Source: Bilabrum cf. latius
Lineage: Eukaryota
Assembly (NCBI GenBank): GCA_965178125.1
Contig: OZ237742.1
Coordinates: forward strand, 1,054,001 to 1,118,000
Length of the DNA: 64,000 nt
Reading direction: 5' to 3'
In this document: one piece after another, positions 39,801 through 52,300 of the stretch
Layout of the letters: every line of letters starts with the position of its first letter
Position numbering within the stretch: position 1 is the first letter of the stretch
Notes under the pieces: generated by a model
The model's database searches: none
What the model was told of the DNA's origin: nothing
What the model saw: the letters and a program-made list of their open reading frames with translations, nothing else
Made by a program: the position numbers and the translations under genes

Positions 39801-42800
39801 ATTCGGTGGAACCGTAGGGCCCGACTGGCCCGACTTGCTCGATGCTGCTACCTGCCCTGCTCAGGCAAAACTTGGAAGATGCATCCATCGGTGGCTTCAA
39901 GGCTGCACTGTGAGCAGCAAGCCCAAAGTCGACCAGACGAGCGTTGGATCGGCCATCGATGAGTATATTGGAAGGCTTGATGTCTCTGTGGATAATTCCA
40001 GCATTGTGCATCTTCTCAACGGTGCGAAACAGCTGCTTGGCCAGACTGCTAGTGGCCCCTTCGTGCATTCGCTGCCTGCCCGCCCCCAGCCGCATCAACG
40101 AGGCCAAGTCCTTCCCGTCCACAAGTTCCATCACGATTCCCACTTCGCCATCCCCTATCACCACACCTTCCAGCCTGCAGGCGCCAGGGACGCCGTGCCC
40201 GGCACACCGCAGCATTGCCAGGATCTCGCTGCGAACCACGTCTGTGACTGCGACTCGCTTGCCTGCACGAGAGTGTTGCGTGTCGTCGGGGCGCGAGTGT
40301 GTGGCCCAGGACTGCCGGCTTGGGGCACTAGAGGCGCCTTGACGAGCTTCATCGGTGATTTTGAGGGCGTATAGGCGACCTGTAGGACGGTGTGCGGCAA
40401 GAAAAACCCTTGCAAAGCCGCCCTCCCCCAGCAACTTGAGCCGTTCAAACTCGTGCATTTGAAACCGACGAGGAAGAGGAGGACCATCCTCGGACTGTTT
40501 CGGCGGATATACCGACGAAATCATCGAGTCTGACTTTGGCTGGCTTGCAAGCTACTGAGTTGGCCGAGCCTTGCCGGCTTCAGAAGAATAGGATGACTCG
40601 GCAGCTAGATTGGCCGCTGCGGTCAGAGACGTATTGGCCTAGATCAACAGCGCAAGTCGCCCCGGCTTGCACGGCGCTGCGGTCAGTACGGCTGAACTTC
40701 CATAAAAGAAAGAGCGGGTGACTCGAATCAAACCAACGCCATCTTGCGTACCTGCATCAGCTGCGTCGTCTAAGGATGCCTCCAAGCCGCTGCTGACACA
40801 GGTGCACCACTATGCTAGCCATGGCACCAGGGCATCATCTGCTTCCGAACTCTTCTACAACTCCGTTTCAGACAAATTCTAACTGGTTGCGACTCGCTCT
40901 AGCGCGTGGGACATTCGATCAGTCCATGCTTGCTGCAGCGCATTCAGCTCACCTACTTCGAAAGAGTCCGACTGATTATCCTCGCGCCTCTCGTGCTCGG
41001 CGCCCAACACCCTGAACGATACGGGCATCCCATGGTCGACGCAATCGATGCGCATCCAGATGCAATGCACCCTGTGCAGGAGATGGTAATGTGGCGCGCG
41101 GCGAAACGTTGCGGTCCGCTGCTGCTGCCCTCCAGGCTCCTCCGCCTAGCGTTCGCGCAAGAACGGTTCCCACACGAATACACGAGGAGGCCGCCGCAGG
41201 ATTGCGTGTAGTTGGCCCGACCCATCTGCCTGGAGTTCCCAGCCCAGAAGAGAGGCAAGTGCGGGGTGCTTCTTTGCGGCGCTTTCGGCGAGGCTCCGCG
41301 ACAAAGCCACAGTCGGGGTTGCTTGTCCTGCCATCCGGGGTTGGTCGACACTGCATTGCGACAGACTAGCCATGCCTTCTGCTATGGCAGCACTGGTTGC
41401 GATGGGACCGTCCTAGGCATCAACGTCAAGGTATAATACCTGGGCTGGGCCGCAGCCCACCCAAGCCGCTGATATCTCACCAGAGGCAACGCCAATCGAC
41501 ACGTGCACGTCGGCCTACAGATGGGTCAACGCCGCAAGCATAGCTGCGGCGAGCTCAGCAGATCCACGCAGCGCTTGTGCTGTGATTCCGGTGTCCTCTC
41601 CGAGCCGAAACCGACCAGCTACCGATGATACCTTGGAGGCGTACCAGCCGATGCTTAGCTGTCCAGTGTGCCCTCGAATCCTGACCCCACCAAACTTCGA
41701 GCAAATCTTGTCTGCTACGGCGCCGAGCTTCCGGTGTAAACCGAAGCTAGCGACAGGGCCGACTATGTCTCGAATCGACTCGAAGCCGCCGAGCGCAACA
41801 GTTGCGACCACTGCGCCGCCCAACTTTGCACGTACCATCGGAGGTTCGCTTCTTGGGCTACGTCCAACCATTGCCGCATCAAACGGGCTACGCGATCCGT
41901 GCAATTGCTGTGACTGGCCGTGCTCAAGGAATATTTTCTTTTTGATCAGCTGAACTGGCACAAAATGGGCAGCAGCCTACAGCAAGTTGTCTCTGGCGCA
42001 GTCCGCAAGTGCAGCTGCTTGTTGCAATTGGCTGCGGAGCAACGAAAGCTGGCCGGCGCTACCGTGCGAGCGCTGCAGCTGGTCGGCCATGAAATAACCA
42101 ACAAACATGATAGGGACGAAAAGTCCAGCGAGGACGCCAAAGCTGTGGTCCAGGCTCATGTGCTTGGCTCCATTCCACACGGAGGCGCAGTCATCGGCCG
42201 CGTCCTCAAATGATCTGACCACAGATGACCCCAAAGATGTCTGAAGCAGCTAAAAAGGCGCTGGGGAAATTGCAAGCGTTGCCAGCAACGCGAACACAAC
42301 AGAAGCCACGGAGCGACCAAACCATTGGAAAGAAGCTTGGCTGGCGAGCACAGCCACGATAACGCCTGGTACATTCATCACGTTTGCGCTCCACGTCAGG
42401 CACGACTCGTGCCCGATCTCCAAGTACCAGAGCGCGTGAGACATAGATGTGCCGAGTACAGCAGCGATGAGCGCTGGTCCTACCACGGATGCTTCAAGCC
42501 GTTGCTGCCTGCATCGGGCGATGAGCCCAACACAAACCAGAGATAGCCCCGCAAGGAACTTCGGAAGCATCGCAGGAAGCGAGCGAGCGAAGGATAGTAC
42601 AGCACCATCCGTTGACTGCCGTGCAACAACATCCATGCTAGCTGCTTGGACGGCAGCAACTAGCGCGCTGAACGCTAGCGCGACGCCCAATAAAACAAGG
42701 ACGGCTCCAGATCGAAATGGAGCCGCGTCCATCAAATCACTGTTGCTACTCTGCAAGTGGCTGGCATTTACTAGAGTGCGCATTTTGGCCTGGGGCAGCA

Positions 42801-45800
42801 GGATCGCACTGATACCGCCCGCACGAACGGAGTGCATCTCGTCCAGCATAGCTTGCCACGCGGGGAAGCGCGCCAGCTGCTCTGTCTACAACCCGCCTAT
42901 AGAAGCAACGCTCTCTTGAGTATCAACAGTCGCATCCTCACGCGCTACAGGCTGCATGATTTGTGCAAGCCATATTGGTGCATCGTGACCGAACGCACTA
43001 CCCCCACCTGGCGAAATGTGCGGTGGGCCGTCCGCAGGGAGGCTGGCAGCCCGCAGCACCAGTTGCAGGGACTCACGCAGTGCTTTCATGTCGCGAGCGT
43101 GGCAAGGCAGCAGCAGCAGTATTGCGCTGAGCTTGGACCGCTACAACCCGTCATGCTTGTCGACTCGCCGAGAGGAGGGGCTCAAGAGCCACTCAGCGAC
43201 TTTTCGAAGGGCAAGCAGCAGCTGCTAGATCTGAACCAGGTCACGATTTAGCGTTGAGTCGTCTCTAGCACCTCGTCGACCAGTCATCTGCTCCCCGCCA
43301 AATTCACCCTACGCTGCCAGGATGGCTAAACACCAATGCAGCGCTGCCTGAACGCCGTCACAAAGCATCTCCAGATGATCAGTGACCTTTCGGATGGCAG
43401 CGGCTGTGGTGGCGATGTGCGACTACTAGACTCTGCTCGGCCCGCACCTGCCACACTTGCAGCCGCTGGCTAGTTCCTTCGCCATAGGTCGCCCGCCACC
43501 GAATGTCGACCATTCCTGCGGCTGCTGCTTGAGCCCCAGCAGCCCCACCACCATGGCAGACTGGGACGAGGAGGGATAGGCGATACCAGCCCGGAGCTAG
43601 GTGCCGCGGGATGACGCTCGGGTGGATGCCTACGCAAATCGCAGCACGGCAGCCAGGAATGCCACAGCATCGGCAGCTCGCCTGGATACCGGTGACAGTA
43701 CTGTTCTTGACCTAACAGGGGTACGAAGGCCAGCAGTAGCCATCCACATGGGCGCATTGGCGGAAAGACCCCTGGCTATCCCAACATCGATCTTGTCCAC
43801 CTGTAATGCATTCATTGCAATCCTCGCCCACTGCACCTCCTCCATCTTTGCAATCGCAATTCGCTATGTCCTCGTCAGCACGCCGATCGATGCGGCCGCT
43901 ACGGACTCTTCTGCTGATGTGTGAGCTGCTGTCCTGTACAGCTGGACGATGCGCCCAAAAAATGGCTGTGGTCCAGCTTCAGCTGGCTATGAGCTCATGC
44001 CATCGAATGGGGTGTCAAAGAAGCCTGACTGTGGCGATACACTTGCTCGCCCAGCGTCCATGGCAGAACACAACATTTCAGCACTGGCTGCTGCATCACG
44101 ATGTTGCGCATCCGCCGATAGAGCTGCGCCCCCGACGAATGTCACAGCCATGACCACCGGCCTGGCCTCGAACGCCATCACGCCTGCCTCCATGCACTCC
44201 TGGGCGAAGGGGGGCACCTGGTCCACCACGGAGTCGATGATCACCTGCTGCTGGCGGATGGCGCGTTTCTGCGCCCTTCGAAGCTGCAGCCTCGCAACTG
44301 CCTGGCGCCAGACTAGCAGTGAATGGTCCAGGCCTAATATGGCTGGAACTAGAACCATGGTGCACAGAGAATAGCCAATCAGGTCCACAACCACCCCTAG
44401 TCCATTCAATCCCAGCGGACTGCTGAAGCTGTACCTGTGTTCTTCGGGGAGGAAGTCAAGGTCAGCCCGGCCCAGCGGCCACGCGTCGCCTGTGAAGCTG
44501 ATCGTAAGGAAGAGCCCAAGCGACCATGCAATGTACGCAAACTGCATACCAGCCCAGGGCACAGCCGCCTTGTCATAGTCTAGGGGTGCAAGAATCGGCC
44601 ACAGTATCCATATTCCGAGCAGTTTGCTGCTCCCGCGTCCGGGGCCAGTAAACAAGTCAAGAGACACTGCAATCGACGTCATTACGGCAAGCGACACAAT
44701 GGGAATGGCAGTGGAGGACATGAACTGCAGCCCGGCAATGGAGGCAGCCAGAAGCACATCCCGAGGGGCTCTTTCGACGCCGGGGCTGCTCCCTGCCCTG
44801 ACTTGCGTCCCATTTCCCGCCTCTTGCGTATCTGTCGGGATTCTCCGAAGCACACCGCCTCCTTGCGAGCTCGACGACGATCTGCTGCTACGATTTTGAG
44901 ACAGGACGTGGGCAGGCGCCGCCGAGGGAGCCGTTACACACTTGCTGCCTTGAGTGAGTAGCACGTGCAGTTTGCGATGGAAAGTAGCGGCGACGCCGTC
45001 ACTCACTGCAGCCCCGCGAGGTGGAGTGGCCGGCTTCCCACTCGCTTCATCTGGTCCATACTCCACCCCTGGTTCTGTCTGGACTCCAGACACGCTAGAT
45101 GCTGCTCCAACCCGATCACCAAGCGAGGAGGAGTCTGCCGAGCTATTGTCAGGCAACCGTGTTGCGCCCTTGGTTCGCGTGGTGTGCACGCTCGCTGGGT
45201 CGCTCGTGGAGTTCTTCACTCCCTCAGCCATGCTGGCACTGTATCGGTTTACTGGCAGTACGGTGCATTCGTCCCTTGGAGAGCTGTAGAAGGGCATACC
45301 ATGCTAGAATTGGCTGCTCGCGCTGCTGCTGGCGTAAGCCGGCGACAGGGCGTCGCTTGACAAGCTGGTTGAGGCCGACCTGGTCTGGCCCCAGGCAGTG
45401 CGGCTGGTAAACGAGGCAGCTGGGCTTGTTCTGGCGCGAGAAGGGAGCGTGCATGGTCTGCTACAGCATGACAGGACCGGGCAGCATGCGGCGAGCAGAC
45501 CGCACCGCTCATCGGGGGGCACAAGGCAGGGCCACGAGAACTCTAGGCAGCAGAGCGAGGCGCTGACTGCTGCTGCCTAGCCTGACCGCGAGCTTAGCCA
45601 CAGCGCCCAACGATCTCCACACACACGGTTCAAACACCACGAAACCAATGAAGCATCAGTTGCGGCCGTAGCCACGGCCGATTGGCGGGGTCTCGGCGCA
45701 CGCTCAGTGGCTGCAGGAAGAACTCTGCCAGCTCCGACATGGCTACTACCGGCGAGTGGCGCTCGCTGTTGCTGTATGATAAGATAATTGGCCCACTGAT

Positions 45801-46053
45801 ACAGCGCATTCGACACTAGAGCTGACCAAACAAGCCAAAGCACAGCTACGATAGTTACGCCTAGTTCTGGCCGAGGCCTGGCGTTTGCCGTTATAGGTGC
45901 TTGAGCTGATGTTACGGAGCCATTAGTATGCATAAGTAACCCAGCTACAAGCACCAATACGGATACAAGCACGGCACGGCATAGCAGGGCCCAGCCTAAT
46001 GCAGCCGTGCATGTGTATTCATCCCTTGCGATTGTCCTGCGAACGTTTGGTCT
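36823..46053 (-). CDS. Paralogue C: multi-TM tandem pseudo-cyclase / Ser-Thr kinase fusion (~3,070 aa); TAG=Gln; probably has an unidentified 5' exon
   Basis: One frame open 46053 to 36823 (TGA) with only TAG interruptions. No ATG precedes the first TM, and a candidate CGCAG acceptor ends at 46037. Cyclase-like [16 protein letters not shown]; intact kinase motifs. Confidence 0.85.
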
Positions 46054-46627
46054 TCAGGTATGATTTTTGGCGCGCTCTGGCATCATCCATATGTGAGGAT
46101 CATATGACATCTTGATACAGCAAACTTACGTGGGTGCGACGGAAGAGCGAACCATAGTCAGCCGTGGATATTCATTGGACAATTTCCGCCGTGCCCCTCA
46201 CAACGAATGATCTTCAAAATTTACCCAGTTAGAAGCAATTCAAATGGACTGCAGGCTAATCAGAGAAATATACGACTATAGAGCACAAATTGATGGCAAT
46301 TATCGCTTGGTATCTAACACTACAGGGAGTTCGGACCAACACAAACACACTTCACAGCTGGGGGCACTAGTGGTCGCAAGCAGCGGTCGCAACCTCCGAC
46401 GAGGCTCCACAACAAACTCTTCATCGGCCGCCCCACTTAAATGGAGTGGAACTAGAGTAGTTTTCGTCATTTTGGGTATGGGATCCCTTGGACCAAGTCA
46501 GCAGAAGCCGTGCGTGCGGACCTTGGCAACCTGTTCCTAGAATGAACTGCAAGCTACCCAGCCACGCGGTACAGGTACCCCTTTTTGCTCGAAGGGTATG
46601 GACTGCCTTCTTTTCAACTGTGTCGAC

Positions 46628-48872
46628 TTACTTGCACGTGCTCTTCACACCCGTACCCACAATGCAATATTTGGCGCGCTTGTGCGCTGTCCTGCGTGTG
46701 CTACCAGGCAAGCGAGTGCAGTTGTCTGCCTCTCTCCCCGCCTCGCTCTTCTTTTCGACACGGTAGTCGAAGCCTTCGATGTAGCCGATTAAACTCGGTG
46801 CGCGAGCTGATGCACCATCGCCTGGACCCGCCCCTACCTCTCCATCTCCACCTTCATCTTTTCGCCATCTCTGAGCCGGGGATGGAACTACACGGTGTGC
46901 TTCAAGTCCGGACATGCGCATGCCCACATGTCTGTACCAGTCGCTCTCATTCAAGCTGCCAGGCGAAGCCGAACGTACTGATTGGCGATAAGCCACCACA
47001 CGAACCTGCTGGCTGCTGACACCGGCGGCTGTCAACGCGTCGGGCATCGGTGTCGAGCAATCTGAAGTGAAGCCAGACCCGACCACAATCTTGGAACTAA
47101 AAGGTCTGTGGTCGGCTAATTGCTTTGCGACGCAGGTCATGTGAAGCACAGTCCCGGTCCCTGCTCGCTTGTGGGCGTATTTGATGACTCCGGTGCTTTG
47201 CATGCCAGCAGTGTGCAGCTCTGCCGCGATGCCGTGTCCTTCAATGGCCACGGAGCCGGACCGAGCCACGCTTGCTAGCTGTGAGCTCGACGTGCCATCC
47301 CCCATGGCCCGGGAGCTCTTGCTTCGGCTCAGGCCATGCGAGTTCTGGTGCACATCTAGATCCTAGCGTGCAGCTACAGCCAGCCCAGAAGGGTGGTCTT
47401 GTTGCCTCCAGTTCGAGGGGATGACGTGATGGCTCCTTGACCTGTGCATGACTCCTGGTGCCCTGTATGGCAACTGCGGCACCGACGCTGACTAGAACCC
47501 TGCCAGAATCATGTGCTCGCTCGATGGTGGCACCCAGGGGGGAGTCACCACCCGTGCTCGCAGCGCCTTCCAGTCGATGTCGTTGAACCATGGATGATCC
47601 ATCACCTCCTTGATTCCCCGTCCTCCAAGTCTGTACTGCTCGTTGCAGATGAGCAGCCTCTCCACAAAGTCCAGGCCCTCCCTGGATGGCCTAGGCGGCG
47701 GCAGCGGGCCATTTCCCGCACGAGAGCTTCCCGGACCAACGTTAGGACTACACGGAGAGCTAGCATTTACTTCCGGTAGAAACCCGGCTCCATGCATGGA
47801 CATGGCGCCCCTACTACTAGGTCCTGCAGAGGTGCCTGGCTTCCGGGCCTGGCTTGCCGCTACTGCCGCAGCTGCCCGCTGAACCTGTTCCGCGCAGTCG
47901 TCCAAAATCTCCCCAAGTGAATTTCCGATAGATTTCCATTGCTTCCGCTGGCCCTTAACTAGCACTCGCTACGCCATGTCTCTATCCGGGACCGTCTTGG
48001 AGGGGACATAGTTACGCATTCTCACGATGGCTCTTATGCTCTCGCGGTCTACTGGATATGGAGTGGTCCCAAACAGCAATTGATGCACTGTTACACCAAG
48101 TGCATAAATGTCTACCGCACGGCTGTGTTTACGGGGTCGAATAAATGCCTCTGGCGGCATGAAGGGAAGCGTTCCACCCGACACCGTGACGCTCGCCTCT
48201 CCTACTCGGCGCAGGTAGGCACTCTCTCCAAAATCCGCGAGTCGAACATATCCATCAGAGCCAATCATGATGTTCTCTGGTTTTATATCTCGGTGAATAA
48301 TCCCACGAGCATGAACTTCGGCGATCGCCAGTACGATCTGAGCTGTATACTGCTTCGCAGCGTGCTCTGGCATCCGCCCGAAGGCCTGCCCGTGCGCCAG
48401 CCAGAAAAGGTCGCCCCCTGTACACAAGTCCATGATAAAGCACGCATGCTCATTGTATTGGAATGCGAAGTGCAGTTTCACGATCTGGTTGCTGAGGCAG
48501 GATGACTAGATTTGTCGTTCCATCACCAACCGACGCGCACGTTTAGGCGAGAGGGAAACCTTGTTCAACATTTTCATGGCATACAGTCTGTCATTTTGAA
48601 GCCATCTTACGGCTGACACGGTCCCAAATTGCCCCTGCTCAATAAAGACGAACAAGATAAAGGGGTCTGTTCTGCAGTGCTCGGCATTGCGGTCTCAGAA
48701 CTTTCGGAAAATCGCCACAAACATCCCTCACTGATCCAATGTTGCATAAATATTGAAATTCAGAGAGCTTGCTCTCCGATAGTTTGAGTAGCATTTGCCG
48801 ATTTCGCTTGAGAGGAAAACCATCCGAAGGCTAGACTGCACTTAAAGCTCCAATGCTTGCTCCGCACCCCAT
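46628..48872 (-). CDS. AGC-family Ser/Thr kinase with N-terminal MGCGAS dual-acylation motif (~715 aa; intron 48635-48731); 3' end uncertain
   Basis: A GTGAGG...GAGCAG intron joins IGS|GQFGTV (the Gly-rich loop). Motifs YAMKML, KLHFAFQ, HRDIKPEN, DFG, GTLPFMPPE, RLGGRGIKEVMDHPWF, PPWVP, YIEGFDY. The terminal TAA lies inside a possible GTAAGT donor. Confidence 0.85.
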
Positions 48873-49362
48873 TTCTAGACGTAGGTAGCACAGAAACTAA
48901 AAGGTACGATATTCAACAATGCATGGTCGCTTTTTCGATCAATTTGATGCAAGCCTTGTTGGGGGCGGGGCTGAGAGCACGGGAGTCAACTCTGGTTCCG
49001 CCACGAAGGAGTCGAGGCGGCGCGGCGCCCCAGATCTGGACCGTCTCTTCGCAACAATGCCACGGGCCAGCGACAAAAGCTGAAAGCAGCGGCGACATGT
49101 TGGTTGCCGACTGTCCAATTGCCTGCAGCGCGTTGCTCGGCAGCATCGTAGGCGAGAAAATGAGCCAAAAGTACCGGAGGAGAAGCGCTGGCCTGTCTCC
49201 AAAATCGAGGGGGCACCTGACGAGTCGCCACTGTTGATGAGCGACTACTAGTTCATGTCCTTAAGCAGTCGATGCACGGGCGTGCTACGGCAACGTAAGG
49301 TGCCCTGTACGACGCTACCTATACTGGATTCACCGGCACATCGCACGGACAAACGGAGCGAA

Positions 49363-52300
49363 TCAACTCTGAGCAACTGCCGCAGCCGTCTCAATCGTGA
49401 GCAGCCGGCGCGCAGCCTCCTCCGCAGACGGCCTTTTTTGCGGCTCCGGATCGAGCATGGCCCGGATCAGCCTGAGGAGGCGCCGGGAGTATGGCCACTC
49501 CGTCGCCTGGTCGTCCAAGCACGGACCTGCCGATGTGCCCGAGCCCGAGGACGCGCCCTGAGGCTGCTGTCCACCCGCGGAACTGAGGTGCCTCCACCTG
49601 CGGCCCACCCTGCCGACGAACTCCTCGAGTGCTTCAGCGGGTCGGTGCAGCAGACGTGCGGCCAGCGTGCCTTCCATCTCACCGAGGTCTCCCTCGGACA
49701 CGGGAACCGCAGACCCGGGGCCATCGACTCTGCCTCGACCGGCCTCTCCTTCCACATGATCGCCAATGATTGGCGCCGTGGAGGGCGGTCGGCCCTTGTG
49801 AGCACCGCTCGCGTCCGCTCCAGGCCGCACCTTCTCCATGTCACGATCCTGCGCCTCCTCCTATTTCCTGGCCTCTTGTTCCCTGGCGAGCACGTCTGCA
49901 GGGGGCCAGGTCTCCCACACGAAGCACAGCGTGAGAAGCTCGTGGGCGCACACACCCAGAGCAAACACGTCTGCGGCCCTGCCGTCCCTCGGCTGGCCCA
50001 AGAGCTGCTCGGGGGACTTGTAGGGGGCCGTGCCTGCGGCAGAGAGGCGCGTCACGGGGCCTCTCTGCAGCCGCTTGGCCAGCCCGAAGTCGCCCACCCT
50101 CACCTTGCCGTCCTGCCCGAAAAACAGGTTCTCCAGCTTTACGTCACGGTGCAGGCACTGCTTGGAATGGCTATAGGCGAGACCCAGGGCCGCTTCCCTC
50201 AGCAAACGAGCCACTCGTCGCTCGGGCAGAGGATGCACTACGCCGGTGCCGAGGCCTTGCGCCGCCGCCAGTCCTCGTGGGGCGGTCGATTCGCTGCTAC
50301 CAGCAGCCCCTGCACCCCCCATGCTGAGCCGCCTCCTGGGCTCTCGGGCGTAGCGCACCAGTGCGTCGGCCGCGACAGGGCAGTACTCCATGACGATGCA
50401 CACGTACAGCTGCACGTCTTCAAGGCCGCCAGAGCTGCTCACGCTCGACGGTGCGGTGCCGTTGCCGCTCGTGTTGGAGCCACCTTTGCCATCTCCCGTG
50501 GACTCTGCCTCCTCGCTGCGGAAATGTCCCGCGTTGCCGTCTCGCTGAGCTCTCGCCTCTCGAGCCAGCTGTTGCAGCCTTGCTTCGAGGCCCATCTCGC
50601 TGGCGTCTTGCCCTGGGAGCAGCTTGAGCTGCCTTCCGAATCGATCCAGCCTGCTTCCGAGCTTGGAGCCCAGGATTCTCGAGACGAGAGTGCTCCTGTA
50701 CTCGAAGTGAAGGAAATCGTCGTAGGACCGCACAACGTGCCGGTGCTCCAGTCGCCGCAGTTCGCGGGCCTCCTCCGCGGCAAGCGTGGCCTCGTTCACA
50801 TCAGCAACCGGGACCATCTTGACGACGACCAGATCCCTCAGCTGCCTGCTCATCTCGTCCATGCCCATGTCCTTGCCTTCGCTTGAATGACCATCCACTG
50901 GACCATTCAGAGCGGCCGGGTCCGCACCTTTCGGCCCCAGCTTGGGCGTCATCCGCGCCCTGATCTGCTGGATGCCGTGCACAACCCGCGCCTGCACGCC
51001 TCGCATGGGTCCATCACGGTTGAAGGGCCACCATGCCTCGTCAGATTTCCTCTCCAACTCTTCAGATGCCTTCATCTCGGAGGTTTCTGCGTCTGGAACG
51101 TGTTCCGCAGCTTGAAGTGCCTCTGGCGCAAGGGAGACAGCGCTTTGCTCCTCATCATCCTCGCCGGCAACCTCTGATCTACCGTCCTACCGCGATGCAC
51201 TGCTCTGTTCTCTATCAGTCTGCCCATTCTCATCTTCCTCGTCATCGTGGCTCGGGGCCTCCCTACCAGCCGATTCTATTGCACCCGCAAAGCGTGCAGC
51301 GGCACCCTGTGCACCGCTATCAATTGACACGATCGGACTACCACTCTCCTCCGGGTCAGCCTCCAACTCCGCAAGAAGACCGGCAGCCCCCGGCAGCATG
51401 GAACGATCTCTCACAGACCTTGGGGGCTCATCGTGCCGACCGCTTCCTCGAAACTGGTCTATCTCCTTGCCGGTCGCAAGCCGAAGCTCCCTGGCGATGT
51501 ATCCCGCCTGGGGGTCGGCCGCCCTCTGCATGCGCACAAAGGCAGACTCGATGGCAGCTTCGATCAGTGACTGCTGCTGCGCCGCGTCACCAGACTCAAG
51601 CGGGACAAAGAGTCCATCGTCGCTTCCTTCACCTTCACCTTCACCCGCAGCGGACACAGCCGATTGTAGAAGCTCGCTGGCGTACCTGCCGTGCATGCCC
51701 CCACCGCTCGACCCGGCCGCCTCACTCCCGAAGGCCTCCTCCATGGCTGCCTTTCTCAGCCGTCGGGCAGCCTCCCCAGCGATGGCACCGAGAGACGAAC
51801 CAACCGCCGCTGCCGTCCTGCGGGCAGAGTCCAGTGCCGCCATTGCATCCGCCGCTGCCAGCCTCGCTTCGGCCAGGGCGGACTGCACGGCTCTCTGGGC
51901 GCTGTCCTCTGCGCGGATGACCGCTTCTGAATCAGAGGACGGGTGCTTAGATTTGTCGCTGTGCGAAGAGCCCAACGGACCCCGCTAAACTGCTCCAGAG
52001 CCGGTGTGATCGTGCTCGTTTGCTCCGGCTGTAGAATGGGAGTCCGGGCTGCTGTCGCTAGGATCCGGTGACTGGGATCCTGCAGCCTGTTGTTCCGGCT
52101 GCTCAGTGGGCGTCTGTCCATACGCGGTGCGCCGTCTCAGCCCACTGATGGCCTGCTCTATGTGCATGCGGATCTCTGCCATGGCTAAGGCTGCGGCACT
52201 TGCAGCGTGCCGGGCCGATGACACGAGCTGAGCCCGCGTTGCAGCGGCTGCAGCAGTGCTGCCCATCGAATCGTGATCACCACCTTGCTATGATTGTCCC

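Noticed and set aside
15565-46053. Pseudogene cluster (many premature stops)
   Set aside because: All interruptions are TAG, there are no frameshifts or TAA/TGA over ~27 kb, catalytic kinase motifs are intact, and housekeeping genes show the same pattern.
48506-48508. TAG=Leu, suggested by ERQI[TAG]SS where AGC kinases often have Leu
   Set aside because: A single column in a divergent kinase, outweighed by several direct CAG/CAA-to-TAG paralogue columns.
49255-50886. Long opposite-strand or alternate-frame ORFs (e.g. 49255-50886, 57057-58388, 5556-6509, 3767-4849, 63156-63890)
   Set aside because: Shadow ORFs overlapping recognisable GC-rich genes; no motifs of their own.
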